Assembly: GCA_051294905.1 (NCBI GenBank)
Contig: CM119372.1
Span: forward strand, 19,718,001-19,782,000
From: Botryllus schlosseri
Lineage: Eukaryota
Length of the DNA stretch: 64,000 nucleotides
Reading direction: 5' to 3'
Shown here one piece after another: positions 14,401 through 27,067 of this stretch. The notes under the pieces were generated by a model. It was not told the DNA's origin and did not search any database. It saw nothing but the letters and a program-made list of their open reading frames with translations. Position numbers and translations under genes: made by a program. Numbering within the stretch: position 1 is the first letter of the stretch; each line of letters begins with the position of its first letter.

Positions 14401-15790
14401 ATAGTACGTACCCTGCATTCGCAGTACATGAGTACCTGAATAGTTGCGGTTTAGTATTCGATGTTGTTCTGTTTTGCGATGTCACTGTCGAACAATCGTG
14501 ACCTAATGATCGCTAATCGTAATACAATTAACGGCATTGTCTCTAAACGAGAGTAGATAGTAGCCAAAGCCTGTGAGGTCGGCGACTTGATAGCTCAGGC
14601 TAGCGACACACGACATCTTGCGCACGTGGCCTATTACAATTACAGATGCGATTGCTCAGGCCAACGGTTATGTCGGGCGCACCAGTCCTGTTGGAGATGC
14701 GACTGATTACGCAAGCGATTATATCTTGCGCACATGGCCTCTTGTGTAATGTGTATGCGATTGTTAAGGCCAGTCGTTGACGCGATGAATCAAGGATTGC
14801 CGCGCACGCTTGTAGCAATCAGCGACCTAATTTCGCTCGCGTACAAACGGCAAACCAACTCAACAACAGATCGCGTGCTTTGCACTTTGCAGACGACTCT
14901 CGTTAATTAGAAACACGCTTTTCGTTAATTGGCAACACGCTTCTCTATTTGGCAGCGCGTTACACTCTATAATACGAATTACGGGGCTCAATGGCTAGAG
15001 GTGATGCGCGATTTAAACAAACATGAAGAAAGGTGTGATTTCAAGTTTTTGATCGAGGGATTTTTTTTCAAGGCTTGCTGTTCCCATGTATAATACGCAC
15101 CCCCCTATTTTAGGGCAAAAAATTGGTAAACTTTTGCGCATTATACATGGAAAATTACGGTATGTACGTTCAATGCATGATGTTGCTATCCCTTTAATAT
15201 GCATTTGTCTTCTTTCGATTCAATGCTGCCTGTCCATTCGATACTGCGCTGCTCGTCAACCTACTGGTACTGTCTCTTGCATCGGCATATTTCTTCTGGG
15301 CGTCGCAATGCGGATCTTGCTAACTTTGGTGCTTTGTCGGCGTGCTTTTGAATCTATCACTGCTCTGGCGTTCATACTCGGACACGGCGTAGGGTACAAG
15401 GATGGATTCAATGAAAATCCGTGCTTGATAATTGTGGGACTAGACATGTGTCGTCATGAAGCGATCAGCATTCTGTGCTGTCATACTTGTATGCTGTACG
15501 AGTCTGGAGAGTTGTTCCTACCCGTGGACTTACCTTCGTTGAGTGAATTGAATTCATCGAGTATCTCAGACGACGACGTCTACCCTGACGACTATTACGA
15601 GCATGCCTACGGAGATGATGACTACGACGAGGCTACAGAGGACAACGAACTTCAGCTCCCCGCAAGAACAGGCGATTCCGATCCGCAGACGCCTATAATT
15701 GTCGATAGTGGTATTGGTGTCGAACAAAGTCAAGGTTCCGCAGCGATAACTGGTAGAGATGCGGAGCAAGCGGCTGACGGGGATGCGTGA
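2465..15790 (+). CDS. PCSK5: Proprotein convertase PC5/PACE4-like, copy 1 (signal/prodomain exons not found in window). Exons 2465-2611, 2679-2844, 2917-3042, 3102-3264, 4830-4926, 5131-5453, 5524-5706, 7168-7299, 7361-7464, 7526-7683, 8871-9000, 9064-9151, 9213-9434, 14064-14173, 15393-15790
   Basis: All introns are GT-AG with matching phases. Kexin-family motifs: ILDDG (Asp), NKHGTRCAG (His), WASGNGG (oxyanion Asn), HTGTSASAP (Ser). Also P domain (LEHV..., [11 protein letters not shown]), Cys-rich furin-like repeats and a PLAC-like CC..C end. The HCGG..EC.. start of the catalytic domain is PC5/PACE4-type. PCSK5 versus PCSK6 orthology is not resolved. Confidence 0.9.
3770..4175 (-). mobile_element. 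3' end of CR1/L2-type LINE
   Basis: Minus ORF 3973-4179 reads RTRSSTS..L..S.V....[17 protein letters not shown], a typical RT C-terminal motif. It is absent from the matching intron of copy 2. Confidence 0.65.
9597..10457. mobile_element. MITE with GACTTGACTC subterminal repeats
   Basis: TIR CAGTGTTGGGAT / ATCCCAACACTG. The site is empty in copy 2 (~47345). A related partial copy starts at 16450. TSD is unclear. Confidence 0.8.
11233..12216. mobile_element. hAT-like MITE
   Basis: Termini TAGTGCGGAGCG / CGCTCCGCCCTA; TSD GTAGAAAT/ATAGAAAT; ATCCGG-rich subterminal repeats. Confidence 0.8.
12475..13701. mobile_element. hAT-like non-autonomous element
   Basis: TIR CAGGACCGTAAT / ATTACGGCCCTG; perfect TSD GTCATCAA. 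An inverted relative lies at ~45735-46340, and a family end is at 1-28. Confidence 0.85.
14312..15160. mobile_element. Tc1/mariner-pogo (Tigger-like) non-autonomous element
   Basis: TIR CCGTAATTTTCC / GGAAAATTACGG with TA TSD. Copy 2 has the empty site (GACTATGTACG, ~48717-48727). Confidence 0.88.
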
Positions 15791-16590
15791 CATTTCAGCA
15801 CAATTCGATTCGAAACTCTATCACATGACAGATGGTAGCTTCCCAAGTGAATAGTGGCTCATCCCACACCACTATACCTATGAACAGCACCAACAATCCG
15901 TTCGGTCTCACACAACTAAATACCTCTCTACCATGCATTACGGCAGTAACCTCGAGCATTTCTTTGTATATTAACTGCTAATGGAATGCATGTGCTTGAT
16001 ACGAATCTAAATCTTGAGGGATATGACCGCATAAAACTTTTCAAATTTCTTACAGCGGCCAAACATTGTGACCACGTGTTGACAAGAGGCTATTGTAATA
16101 GGAGGATATGGTCTTGGCAGTGTTGTGGTACATGTTCTGGTGTTTATCGCTGATCGTCAGCACAAATCGTGTGCTAAGATGTTTCTACATTGTATGCTGT
16201 GCAAACGATGATACATCGCATTTTTATCCGTTGCTCATGTTTCTGACTGCTGCGCAATGCGTGTGATACAGTCGATGCTCGTTGCCGTGCCAATGGCAGG
16301 GTCAATATTTTGTACAAATAAAGAAACCAATTTTATCGTGGTTATATTGAGCCCGCAACACATTTTGAGGAACTTTCAATGTGTGGATGAAGACAGTCTG
16401 GATTCAACGGATCGACACACAATATACAGCCGTGAAGTCGTGTAGCCGGCAGTGTTGGTATGACTCGACCCTTGACTTGACTCGAGTCAACTTTTTCGTG
16501 TGACTTGACTTGACTCGGCACTTCAAAAATGTGGATCTACTTGTGACTTCGAGCAAAATTTACGTAAAAATGTCAAGTCGTAAAGTAACC

Positions 16591-17447
16591 CAGTGGTTCG
16601 TAACCTTTTTTCTCCAGCGCCGCCTATCAAAAATTGCCTGGGTATGGCACCCCCCTATTTTAAGGAGTGTAGTAAAAAAACAATGAGTAAGCGGTTGAAT
16701 TCAGGCTGGGGCTTCACAATTTGACCACTCGGTATAATTGTATGTGCTATTTTCGGGATCAAATCCGGGTTGTTACAGCTCTTAGCTTTAACATGATTGG
16801 GGTAACAACAATTAGCAGTATCATCCTTTATGATACGATGAAGAAATATTCTGACAATTTAATTTGCATCCTAGCGCTCAAATACAAGTATATTTATTCA
16901 TTTATTTTGGACAAAAAGCTTCAAAACATCTTCAATGTACAAAGGGCAAAGGTACCCTAGCCTACAGTGCCTTTTCGATATCGACACGCAGTGCGCTGCA
17001 GGATACATCATCTAGTTCAAAACATTTTGTGGAAAATAACCCGAGCTATCAGTAAGTATCAGTTCATTAATATTTTCATCATTTCAAAACAGCGATACAA
17101 TGAAAAGATGGGAAGGTGTCGAAATGACTTGTAGTAGCTAGCGTGACGGGAGTGTTTTAACGATGAATTGGCAATCCCAAAGTACGCCAAATTCATTTTA
17201 TATGAATTAAAATAAACCACTGCATTCGTGGAAAAGGCGCAACGAAAAACGTTTTGATTTGACAGCTTTTGTCGAATGTTAGTTTGCAATGAGAACTCAG
17301 GGATATATAGAACTATTGTTCTACTATATAATCACATGTCTCTACTACACCATCTACTGCGAGGCCATTCTTCTCCAGCACCCCCCATTTCTCCCCTGAG
17401 CGTTTCCACCCCCTGGGGGGCGCTGGAGACAAGGTTAAGAACCACTG
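16591..17447. mobile_element. Buster-type MITE nested in another MITE
   Basis: TIR CAGTGGTTC..AACC / GGTT..GAACCACTG; TSD AAGTAACC/AAGTAAAC. The host family copy at 9597 shows the empty AAGTAAAC site. Confidence 0.85.
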
Positions 17448-18699
17448 AAGTAAACGGTGTCGATAAATCACTGTATCTTGTGTATCTTCGGATTGTTCAC
17501 GATACGCCAGTGCCACTGTGAGAGAAACAGTCAACGTTTCACTGATCCTCCATTGTTACATCAAAATGAACGGACCCCAAACGAAATATGACAGCTTAAG
17601 TTGACGTAGCAGTAGTAGTAGTGGATTAATCTAATTCTAATAGCAACGTATAGCTGTTTATTAGACGACTATGTCCTTACGTCCTCACAGTTATAAACGA
17701 ATGAAAAGATACACAGTATATATACACAACACACACACGCACGGAACTTGATTCAGAGACTGCTGATGTATAGAAATAATCGAGACCTGATGACTTTCCG
17801 TTTTGTCGATAATGACAATGGGTGAATTAAAAACCGCGAGTAGTGTTCGCGGGCAGCAAAAATACCGACTCGCAGGCCGCATGAGGTACGCTTGCCAGGG
17901 TTTGGACCATCCTATTATAAAAGTATTTAGGCCCAGTGTATGTTGCCGCGGCAGTGGAAGCGTGACGACAACCAAGCATACTGAGCCTTCCTTGAATTCG
18001 GGAATGGTTTAACATAGCAGAAGGTGCGTAATGTATAGCAGACAAATACCGCCAAATATTCATTTTTTAAAATGAGAGATGCGGAATTGCGGAAAGAACA
18101 ATTTTCAGTGATATGGTAGCCAACGATACCACCCTTAAAGGTTATTTTGCGCTGTACAGTACACTCTCTTTGTGTCCGCGTCAGATCCTCGTGTATTCAT
18201 GAGACCGCGGAGCACTAAATAGGATTGTTTTTGAAACACCTACTATTAGAGTAAGCTACACCAAAAACAAATATGCAATATTTTCAGGGGATCGCTAAAT
18301 CAACGGCAGCCCTGATTTTAACTCACTGACTATTGCATAAGTGGTCCCGACGTATGTTTGTGTTGTGAACGAGGGATGATGAAAATTTGACCGCAACTAG
18401 TCGTTGGTAACGACTCACAGGCATAACGCCTGAGAACTTATTTATTACTGATCTCGCATTATGTCAAAATCACTTGGAATAGTTCATTGTCGTAAACAAA
18501 TTCAAAGTCACGCAACCGCAACAAAATTATGTTATATAGTCTACTCCGGAATAGTATAGAATTAAGCATCACTATCCTCTTAAGTCTTAGGCATGACTTG
18601 AAGACGATGTTTGATCATGGCGAACTGAGGAAACGGAAGACAACGATTTTGCTGCTTGAAATTCAGCCACATTTGGTGGGCTGGATTTATAATTCAACA

Positions 18700-19375
18700 G
18701 GTATGTGTTCTGTAGACAGAAGAACTGAAAGTATGATCTCGGAATCGAAAGTGAAATACAAATACCACTTCTAAAACGCGGAAAATATATTTCATGTATT
18801 TTGTCCAGAAAGCTTCAATTGTGGTTTGCTAAAACAGGTGTAACGTTAAAAAAAGTCGGTGTCCACTTTTCCGGATTAGCAGGACGCGTCATGGGCTGCT
18901 AGATTACGATATGATGTGTAATTGCTGGATTGCGAAAAGGTAGTTTGAAACGTTATGGTGGGCCCTATTTACTGTGATGAAATATTTGATATGAGCGACA
19001 ATGTGGTGTGAGCGGAGCCACGCAATCCGGTACCTAAATTATATTCACTAACACTTTCGTGCAAACGTACGTCACTCCATAACTACTGTGCGCGAAGCGC
19101 AACAAAAGTTCTGCGCTTTACTTGACTTTTATGAATATTAAATGTTGGTATTCCGTGAAAACATCCCCGAAATTTATCAGGCTATTTTTCTTATTGGAGG
19201 AATAAACTACTTCTACTTGACAAATTGAAAATAGCGAAAAGTAAGTAAGTCGATCATAAGATATTACGAAGTAGAAGTAAAGAAAACCATATCTACTTGA
19301 GTAAGTACCGGAAGTAGAGGAAAACTACTTGAGTACTTAGAAAAAGTAGAAGTACTTCGTTACTGACCACCTCTG
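18700..19375 (-). mobile_element. Partial hAT-like element with TACTTCTAC-rich ends (family of 59296-60569)
   Basis: Ends in TACTGACCACCTCTG and is reverse-complement similar to 59296-59900. The left boundary is approximate. Confidence 0.7.
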
Positions 19376-20719
19376 TATAGTGTATATATGCAATGGGCGA
19401 AATCTACTGAAGTGGTCAACGACAGGGTACTTCTACTTTTTCGGAGTACAAAAGGGGTCGATTATTACGTAAAACAATATTGATGTTTCCGAATGCGACT
19501 GGAGAAAAGTTATTCCCAAGCGTTCCGATCCCGGTGGGGCGTGACGCGGCTCGTGCCAGCTTCTTTGATCTCATCAGATAAAGGGTGTCGAGAAAGAGCG
19601 GAGATAATCCCACTGCGTCAATCTTTTGTAAAGATCGTGTTTTTCAGGGAGTTAAGTTACTGGTTGTAGAGTTTGTAGTGGTGCGAAAGCGAGGTTGGAA
19701 AATTGTAGCGTAGTTCGTTTCTGAGCGTTACGTTACTGCTATATTTACAATCGGGGACGGAACACGGGCAATCGAGCGTACCCATACAAAAGGCTAAGTC
19801 ACGATGACAGCAATAGCTTCGTAACACAGCGATGTGTAAGAATATAAAATATCGCGTGAATATTCAGGACGTTTCTATGTCAGGGTTCAGGGGTCAGGAA
19901 GCGCCTATAGTTATGGAATCTTGAGCAGCAAGTAAACCAGTGTCGTTGCGAGATCAATCACTGCTTATGTTACCTTGATCGCAATGATGTGGATATCTGC
20001 AACGTTTCTTCCAAGAGAATTACGTTCCCAAGTTACGCTGTTTTAGTCATTGCCACAAATCTGCGTCTGTTTCGCTATACCGTGGTGCACTTTCCAACGT
20101 TTTTCTATTACAAAAATAGCGTTTTCCCTACTAACATTTGATATCAAATCTTGCAGATTTGCGACCACTGTTACGTTTCACGGTTCGGGATGTCTGCTAT
20201 ATGCTCTTTGATTAATCAACGTATCGCACAATGCAAGACTTCTAGTCGGGTGCATAGAATTTGTGAGTGATATTAGCCGCCGGAGTGACAGTCACTAATA
20301 TTAGATGATTTTGAAAACAGGGGGTCCGTCCGAGCCCCTAAACCCGAAGATGGCATTGTCTTTACCTCTCAAAGACATGTTTATACTGCCCCCATGAATA
20401 ACTATTTTGTCCGTGATGAAAATTTACCAACAAGTCGCTGAAATATTGATCAATTCAGTACAAAAATAAATATTTGGCAAAGAGCCATATCTTATACCCA
20501 AAAGAGCCATATATGGCTCGCGAGCCATCGGTTCCCGACCACTGATATACAGGAATGGAGTGGAGCATGTGTCATGAATTGGGCCATATGTAATGTGAGC
20601 TATGGTGATTGCTACTTGCAAGGGTCTGCAATAGATTCCTCCACGGGCCGGATGAAATCATCTGGCAGGCCGTGACTGTCCTGTCAGGATTGTGTTTGAC
20701 AGCCCTGCTATACTGTTAG

Positions 20720-21525
20720 GTCGGTGCGGCTATCTGTTTATGCGTTTTAATCAGGTCTAAAACAACACTTTTTCTCCCCCCCCCCCCTTCCGACCAAAAA
20801 AGCACTGATCTTGGGCCAACCATAGGGTAGTCGATGTAACTTTCTGGGCACTTACTATATGCATTTGGCTGTTAAATTTTATGTATGGATTCTGTCAATA
20901 ATATCGATTCTTCCATATATTAGGCTATTATAAAATGCACCAGCAGGTTGCACATCCGGTGATTTCCAACCTTTCATGGTCGCGAACTCATTTCCCACTT
21001 GAAAATATCCCGTGGCAAAGCTCAAAACTTGATAAGCTGATTACTAAAAAAAAAACAGCTTGGCCAAACTTACTCACGGCCTAGGAAGCTGATTACGTCC
21101 AACATCATCGCGATCCCCAGATAAAGGCGAACGACCCTCTAAGATTTGGAACCACTGTCTGTGATTGAAGCATCTAATCCGCCTTAACCAATTCTAGGAA
21201 TATATCGTTAGCTTACAATTGCGATTACAATCAGACTTATTTCAGTGGATAATGATGATTATTATATTTCTTTTGATCGCATTTTTGGCGAGGGTGGTGC
21301 CTGGTGCCCATAATGATATCATTATACGTTGCATAAACAATTTTGAATAGCATATATCTACTTGAAAATGATATTGTTTATGTTGATTTACGAAAAACTT
21401 TTGAGCCTGGTTTCAGCCTTCAAAATTCCGGACATTTAGGCATATTTTAAAAATTCCTCCCGGACGCAGATTTTTCAGTGAAATTCCGGACATGTCCGGG
21501 AAATTCCGGACGTATGGCAACCCTA
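20720..21525 (-). mobile_element. hAT-like MITE, inverted partial copy of 22092-23186
   Basis: Ends in CCGGACGTATGGCAACCCTA; the interior is reverse-complement similar to 22092-23040. Confidence 0.75.
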
Positions 21526-22091
21526 CGCTAAATCGATTGTGGCCGGGAGAGATGCAAGCGAGACAGATCATTAAGTTCTGTAAGCGCAAGTTTGAGAATG
21601 CTATTTAGACGAACAATTTCGTAGTGAATGTTGAGGTATTTCGATGACGGTATCATCTGTCGTTTGCCAATTAGGCTGTCATCAATGCTCGATGTACTTG
21701 ATTCAAAACAGAAATACGGAAACTTCCTTTCGAGCGACCAGGCCAATGATGGCTTGATAGATAGATTGGATCGTACTGAGTGAAGGAGAACGAGACTCTC
21801 ATAGCAGCGACCAGCGATTTAATCTGCATTTGGAAAGCCACCGAAGGACCGTAAACTCTTAACTCGTTTAATTGTCATTTTATTTCGAGTTTGATTGGCG
21901 AAAGACCGTATACCGCTGAAGAATTTAGAACGATTACAATTTTTACACAACCAGAAGTTTTAGTAATAACCGCTTTGATACGCTGCCAGAGAGTTTTACA
22001 TAGTATCCTGGATTATCAAGAAATCCACCGGGAAACGATAACTGAATATGGTTAGTTTGGTCGTCTTGTGTTGTTATATGTAACCATATAG

Positions 22092-23186
22092 TAGGGTTGC
22101 CATACGTCCGGAATTTCACTGTTCAAACTAGCGTCCGGGAGGAATTTCTAAAATATGCCAAATGTCCGGAATTTTGAAGACTTGACGTAGGCTCATAATT
22201 TTTCCGTAAATCAGCATAAAAACAGTATTTTGTAGGGAATATTTATGCTGATGCATAATATTTTTCTTCGCGCTGTGCGCGATTTACTATTACATTTATT
22301 GAATTTGATATGGAGACTACCACCTCTCAAAATCTGCAATAAAATATAAATATAAACAACCTTCATTTACTGGAATAAGCCTAATTGTAATCGCAATTAT
22401 AGGAGAACGGTATATTCCTAGAGATCGTTAAGGCGGTTTAAATGCTTCATTCAAATTCAAAGAGAGTGGTTCCAAACGGGAGGGGGGTCGCTTGCCTTTA
22501 TTCTGGGGTTTGAGAATATGTTGAACGTTATCAGCTTACAAATTAGCTCGCGAGTAAGTCTGAGCAAAGATGCTGACTTGTTTTAGTAATCAGCTCGTCA
22601 AATTTTGATCTGGGCAACGGAACATTTTCAAATTGGAGATGGAGTCGCGACCATAAAAGGTTGGAAACCACTGGATGTGGGGTGTTTATAAAGCTCCGTG
22701 GTGCGCACCGGCATATAAGGCTGATGACTTAACGATGTGCAATTACGCTCCCTGTATTTTCGAACTCATTCATTATCCGCCACCAGCTCTACCGCTAACT
22801 CTGATCACGTGGGCGGAGAGTAGTATCTATATAGCAATATATGGAATATACGAATATTATTTACAGAATTCATTCCAATAATTCAACGACCAGATATGCA
22901 TATAAAAACCAAATTGATATAGCAAGCACCCCCACCCAGAAGTTGCATCGATTACCCTATAGCGTGGGCTCAGAATAATTGTTTATGTGGGCGGGAGGAA
23001 GCTGAAAACATGTGCTTTCGTTCCCGATTATAAAACACACACAGCCACATACTCCTGAACCGGATCGTGACCACCTCTGGTCTATGAGCAAAGGTTTGCT
23101 AGTGTGACGTCATAACTCATTTTGAAATCCACTAGTGGGCGCTAAAGAGTGTCCGGAATTTGAGTTGCTGAAATATGGTAACCCTA
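22092..23186 (+). mobile_element. hAT-like MITE
   Basis: TIR TAGGGTTGCCATA / TATGGTAACCCTA; perfect TSD CCATATAG (22084-22091, 23187-23194). Confidence 0.88.
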
Positions 23187-23948
23187 CCATATAGCCTATA
23201 GCAGTGGTTCTCAACCGCCGGTCCGCGGCAACATTCTTGCCGGTCCGCGAGACATATTCCAATTTTATATCCTAATCGCAAAATGCAAGGTGATGTAACA
23301 ATAACTTCATAGTGTTAACTTATTTAGCAAATGCCTTTCAACTGACTCACATCACTAGCCAACGTCTCGAATACGGGGAATCAATTTCGATACGTTTGTA
23401 GTATATCCTGTGTAACGTAGAGATGAAAATACAACTGCAAAACAGCGAGGTGCGGTAATTATCAATTCCGTCTTGGCAGTCAGTATGACAACACAATTGC
23501 CACAGAAGCGATAGTTCCGGCCGGCGCGTCAGATGTCAACAAATCTTTAACATCGAGGTCTTGGTCGTTTCGCATTACTTGCGTTCGATCAATGTGTTGG
23601 TGCTAATTTCTCACCTGAGCAGCAGTATAGAAACGAAATAAATTGCTTATTTCTAATTCGCGCAAGTCAACAGCTAGTTCAGGTGTTTACATGCCTAGCG
23701 GAATTCAGGGTAACTGCATACCCAAAACCTTGTCTGGGTAGGCTATGCGCGGTATACGTAGCCTACCTGCGTCCGGCGTCAATGATCACAACACATGCTG
23801 CTGGTACAGATATGAATTGTTGTGTACAGACGATTGTTTGACCTGTAAGTGTCGAACTTCCAAGACCAGTTGTATGTGAACGCTAAGAAGACTTTGAGCA
23901 AAATGTAACGAAATTTGACCGTTCATTTTAGTGAATATTGACATTATT

Positions 23949-25904
23949 ATGGAGTGTAGCAAACGGAAATGTATTGAGCATTTCTTTCGAGCGAAGGCCA
24001 GCAGTCAAATTGAAGTTAAAGGGTCTACCAGCACAGAGGAAGGATGTACTTCAGATTTACCACCTAGCGTGAAGCGGTCAGGCAATGCTGATATGGCTTA
24101 CCCAGAAAGCAAGAAGCGAAAAGTAGACTTCACAAGGCAGTACGATAGTATGTACTTATAGAGCTCGGATTTGCTATTGCTCCAAGCAGTGAAAAAGCAC
24201 CACTTCGCATGTGCTTGGTTTGTAACAAAATACTTTCAAACGATGCCATGAAGCCTTCAAAGCTTACTCGACATTTTCACTCACTGCATGCCGACCTCGT
24301 TGGGAAGCCTGTTTCTTATTTTAAAAGGCCACTGTACAAAGTTGAAAATGAAAGAATTTTACAAAAGATGACAGCTACTGATAAACATCTTCTCAGATCA
24401 TCTTATATAATTGCCCTCCTAATTAGCAAAGCGAAAAAGCCTTTTACTATTGGAGAAGATTTAATAAAACCATGCCTGTTAGCAGCTGCGAAAGAGGTTT
24501 TGGGTCCGGAACTAGCTAACAAACTTAAAGCCATACCACTATCAAATCATTCAATTCAAAGGAGAATATTGGATGTGGCAGTTGATGTGGAACAACAAGT
24601 TATTGAGCTAGTAAAGAATTCGAAATATTTTGCTATACAACTTGACGAATCTACGGATTTGAGTAATTGTGCAGTACCTGCTTGCTTTGTTCGATATGAA
24701 CATGAAGGTAGTATCATTGACGAATTTCTTTGTTCCCTGCAACTACCTGGACGAACGACCAGTTCAGAATTATTTCGATCTCTCGATACGTATGTCCAAG
24801 AACAAGGTTTAGATTGGGAAAAATTCGTCGGTGTTTGTACTGACGGTGCTGCTAACATGACGGGATGCTATTCGGGTGTAACTGCGAAAATTGAAAAAGT
24901 GGCAAACACAGATCTGCTCGTTACACATTGCATTCTTCACAGGGAAAATTTATGTGCCAAAAAATGTCTCCTGAATTGACCGAAGTTCTGAACGGTGCAG
25001 TGAGAATTATAAATTATATACGTGGCCGAGCATTGCATTCAAGGCTTTTTGAGACTTTGTGTGATAGCCTGGGTGCGCAACATCAACATCTTTTACTTCA
25101 TGCAGAAGTAAGGTGGCTCTCGAGAAGACGTGTTCTCACTCGACTATTTGAGTTGAGGGAGGAAGTCAAGCAGTTTCTGTTGGAGGGAAATTCTCCACTA
25201 AAAGAACTCATATCAGATGAGATGTGGACCGCAAAGCTAGCGTATTTAGCAGACATATTCAACCGCATGAATGAGCTGAATAAAGTCGCTGCAAGGAAAT
25301 CACACCAACAAATTTACGCTGCGTAACAAAACCGATGCCTTCAAACGCAAACTGATGTTTTGGAAGAGCAATGTTGAGAAAGATGATATTGATATGTTTC
25401 CCTCTTTGGAAGACGCCGTTTCCAATGCTTCCATAGACACACAGGAAATATTTGCTATCATACGTTAACACTTAGAGCAGGTATACAGGTCAGTTTTGAC
25501 AAATATTTTCCAGAAAGTGTAGACCCGCGAAAGGGAAATTACTGGATTGTTAATCCTTTTACAACCGACATAATAAGTGTAATCTTAAAAATATTGAGAA
25601 AGAATCGCTAATTGAGCTTTCCTGTGATGCCACCCTGATGTCTAAGTATAAAGACGAACCGTTGTCACAGTTTTGGATATCACTGAAAAATGAATATCCC
25701 GAGCTCAGTGATAAAGCTATGAAATTACTCTTTACTTTTTCCACAACATACCTATCCGAAAAAAGCTTTTCATCATTATCCCTCATCAAGACCAAACAGA
25801 GAAATCGTGCGGATGTCGCTGCTGTACTTCGCCTAGCAGAAACTTCAATTGAACCACGTATACCACGAATAATATCGAAGAGACAGGAGCAAATTGCTCA
25901 TTAA
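23949..25904 (+). pseudogene. hAT (Buster/ZBED5-like) transposase pseudogene
   Basis: ORF pieces 24209-24979, 24928-25326 and 25638-25904 carry CLVC..H...H (BED finger), FAIQLDESTD, VCTDGAANM, HCILH, HAEVRWLS and FSTTYLSEKSFS (hATC). They are broken by several frameshifts and stops. Confidence 0.92.
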
Positions 25905-26756
25905 CTTGAAGTTTACATTCTCCATTTGGAAGGGATGGCTATACGGCACTGCAGGCTACGGTAAAAAGATAAACTCGAGAAGAGGATGATTTCTCCTCAT
26001 GTTCTCGTCATTGATGACTTACATTGATTCTTTAAATTTGGCACCATATTCAATTACAACCGTAGCCTATTGATGTTTGTAACTGAAATTATCATGATCA
26101 TTTGAAAACACCGTGCACGTATAGTTTCAAGTTATTTCCTACGTGTAGGAAAGGTCGTCTGTACTTGTGTCGTTAGCAAAGCACCTCGTGTTACTTTCGG
26201 AGATTTATCGCCATTTCATAATCAAATTAGGCTTTGTTCTTCCAAATGATCAGTTGGAAGTTTCGTCATATTTCAGTGATTTTACATCTCAGGCGTGGAA
26301 TGCAAGGTATTGTGAGGTTTAGTATGCCGGTAGATGACAGAATATGCCAAAGCACTATTTCTGTGCTGTGTTGTGCTTTATGAGAGGGTGGTGGGGTGCG
26401 ATTATTTCATTACCCATACAAATATATACATTTGTTTTCGATATTTGGTGAATTTTTGGTAGGAATGAAGTTGGCGACCTGCTGTGTACCCCGCCTTCTC
26501 ACTGATATATCGTGACTCTCTGATGCAATCTTGAGGATCAGCGGTGAACAAATCGGGGAGATATTGATTTTCTCTGAAAAAGTTAGGCATATCGGGTCAT
26601 AAGACACCCCAGACTGCGATGTCATGATGGTGGTACCGGTTATGTATAGGCCTAGGCCAGCATCATTACTCGTTTTCACGGCCCAAGGGACCTTGTTCTA
26701 GTCTTCGGAAGGTATATAAATCTGAAATAGGAGAATATATTGTCCAAATTGGGAAA

Positions 26757-27067
26757 GAGTAGAGTAGCGTAATGGTTAAGCGTCCGGCTTCTTGATCGTT
26801 AGGTCGCGGGTTCGATTCCCGGCCGGGTCAGACCAAAGACCTGATTAGAAACACTGGTATCCATGGCTTCCCTGCTTGGCGCTCATGCATTACTGGGATA
26901 GCGTGGAGGGGTGGTGCATGACTTAGAAAGCCGTAAAGGCTATATGTGCACTTCCTTGTCCAGCGGCATATGCACATCATGCACATGCGCAGATCGTGTG
27001 TATGTGTATCATGACTCGGTGCATATGCCGCAAAAACATCAAGGACAAAAATAAACTACGTCCTTCC
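26757..27067 (+). mobile_element. tRNA-derived SINE, family 1 (Meta-domain-like core), nested in the Buster element
   Basis: Pol III A box TAGCGTAATGG and B box GGTTCGATTCC, followed by GGGTCAGACCAAAGAC...GGTATCCATGGCTTCCCTGCTTGGCGCTCA. A second copy is at 37755-38605. Confidence 0.8.

Noticed and set aside
15086..15790. Stand-alone 234-aa membrane protein ORF (and 48714-49379)
   Set aside because: The ATG lies inside a Tigger-like element in copy 1, and the start differs between copies. The 3' part is the convertase terminal exon and the 5' part is intron.
19400..19935. Promoter or non-coding first exon of copy 2
   Set aside because: Unique, slightly GC-rich sequence with a possible donor, but nothing in the sequence alone supports the call.
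26757..26830. tRNA gene (also 36596, 37755, 57802)
   Set aside because: A and B boxes are present, but there is no proper acceptor stem or terminator. Each continues into a repeated SINE body.
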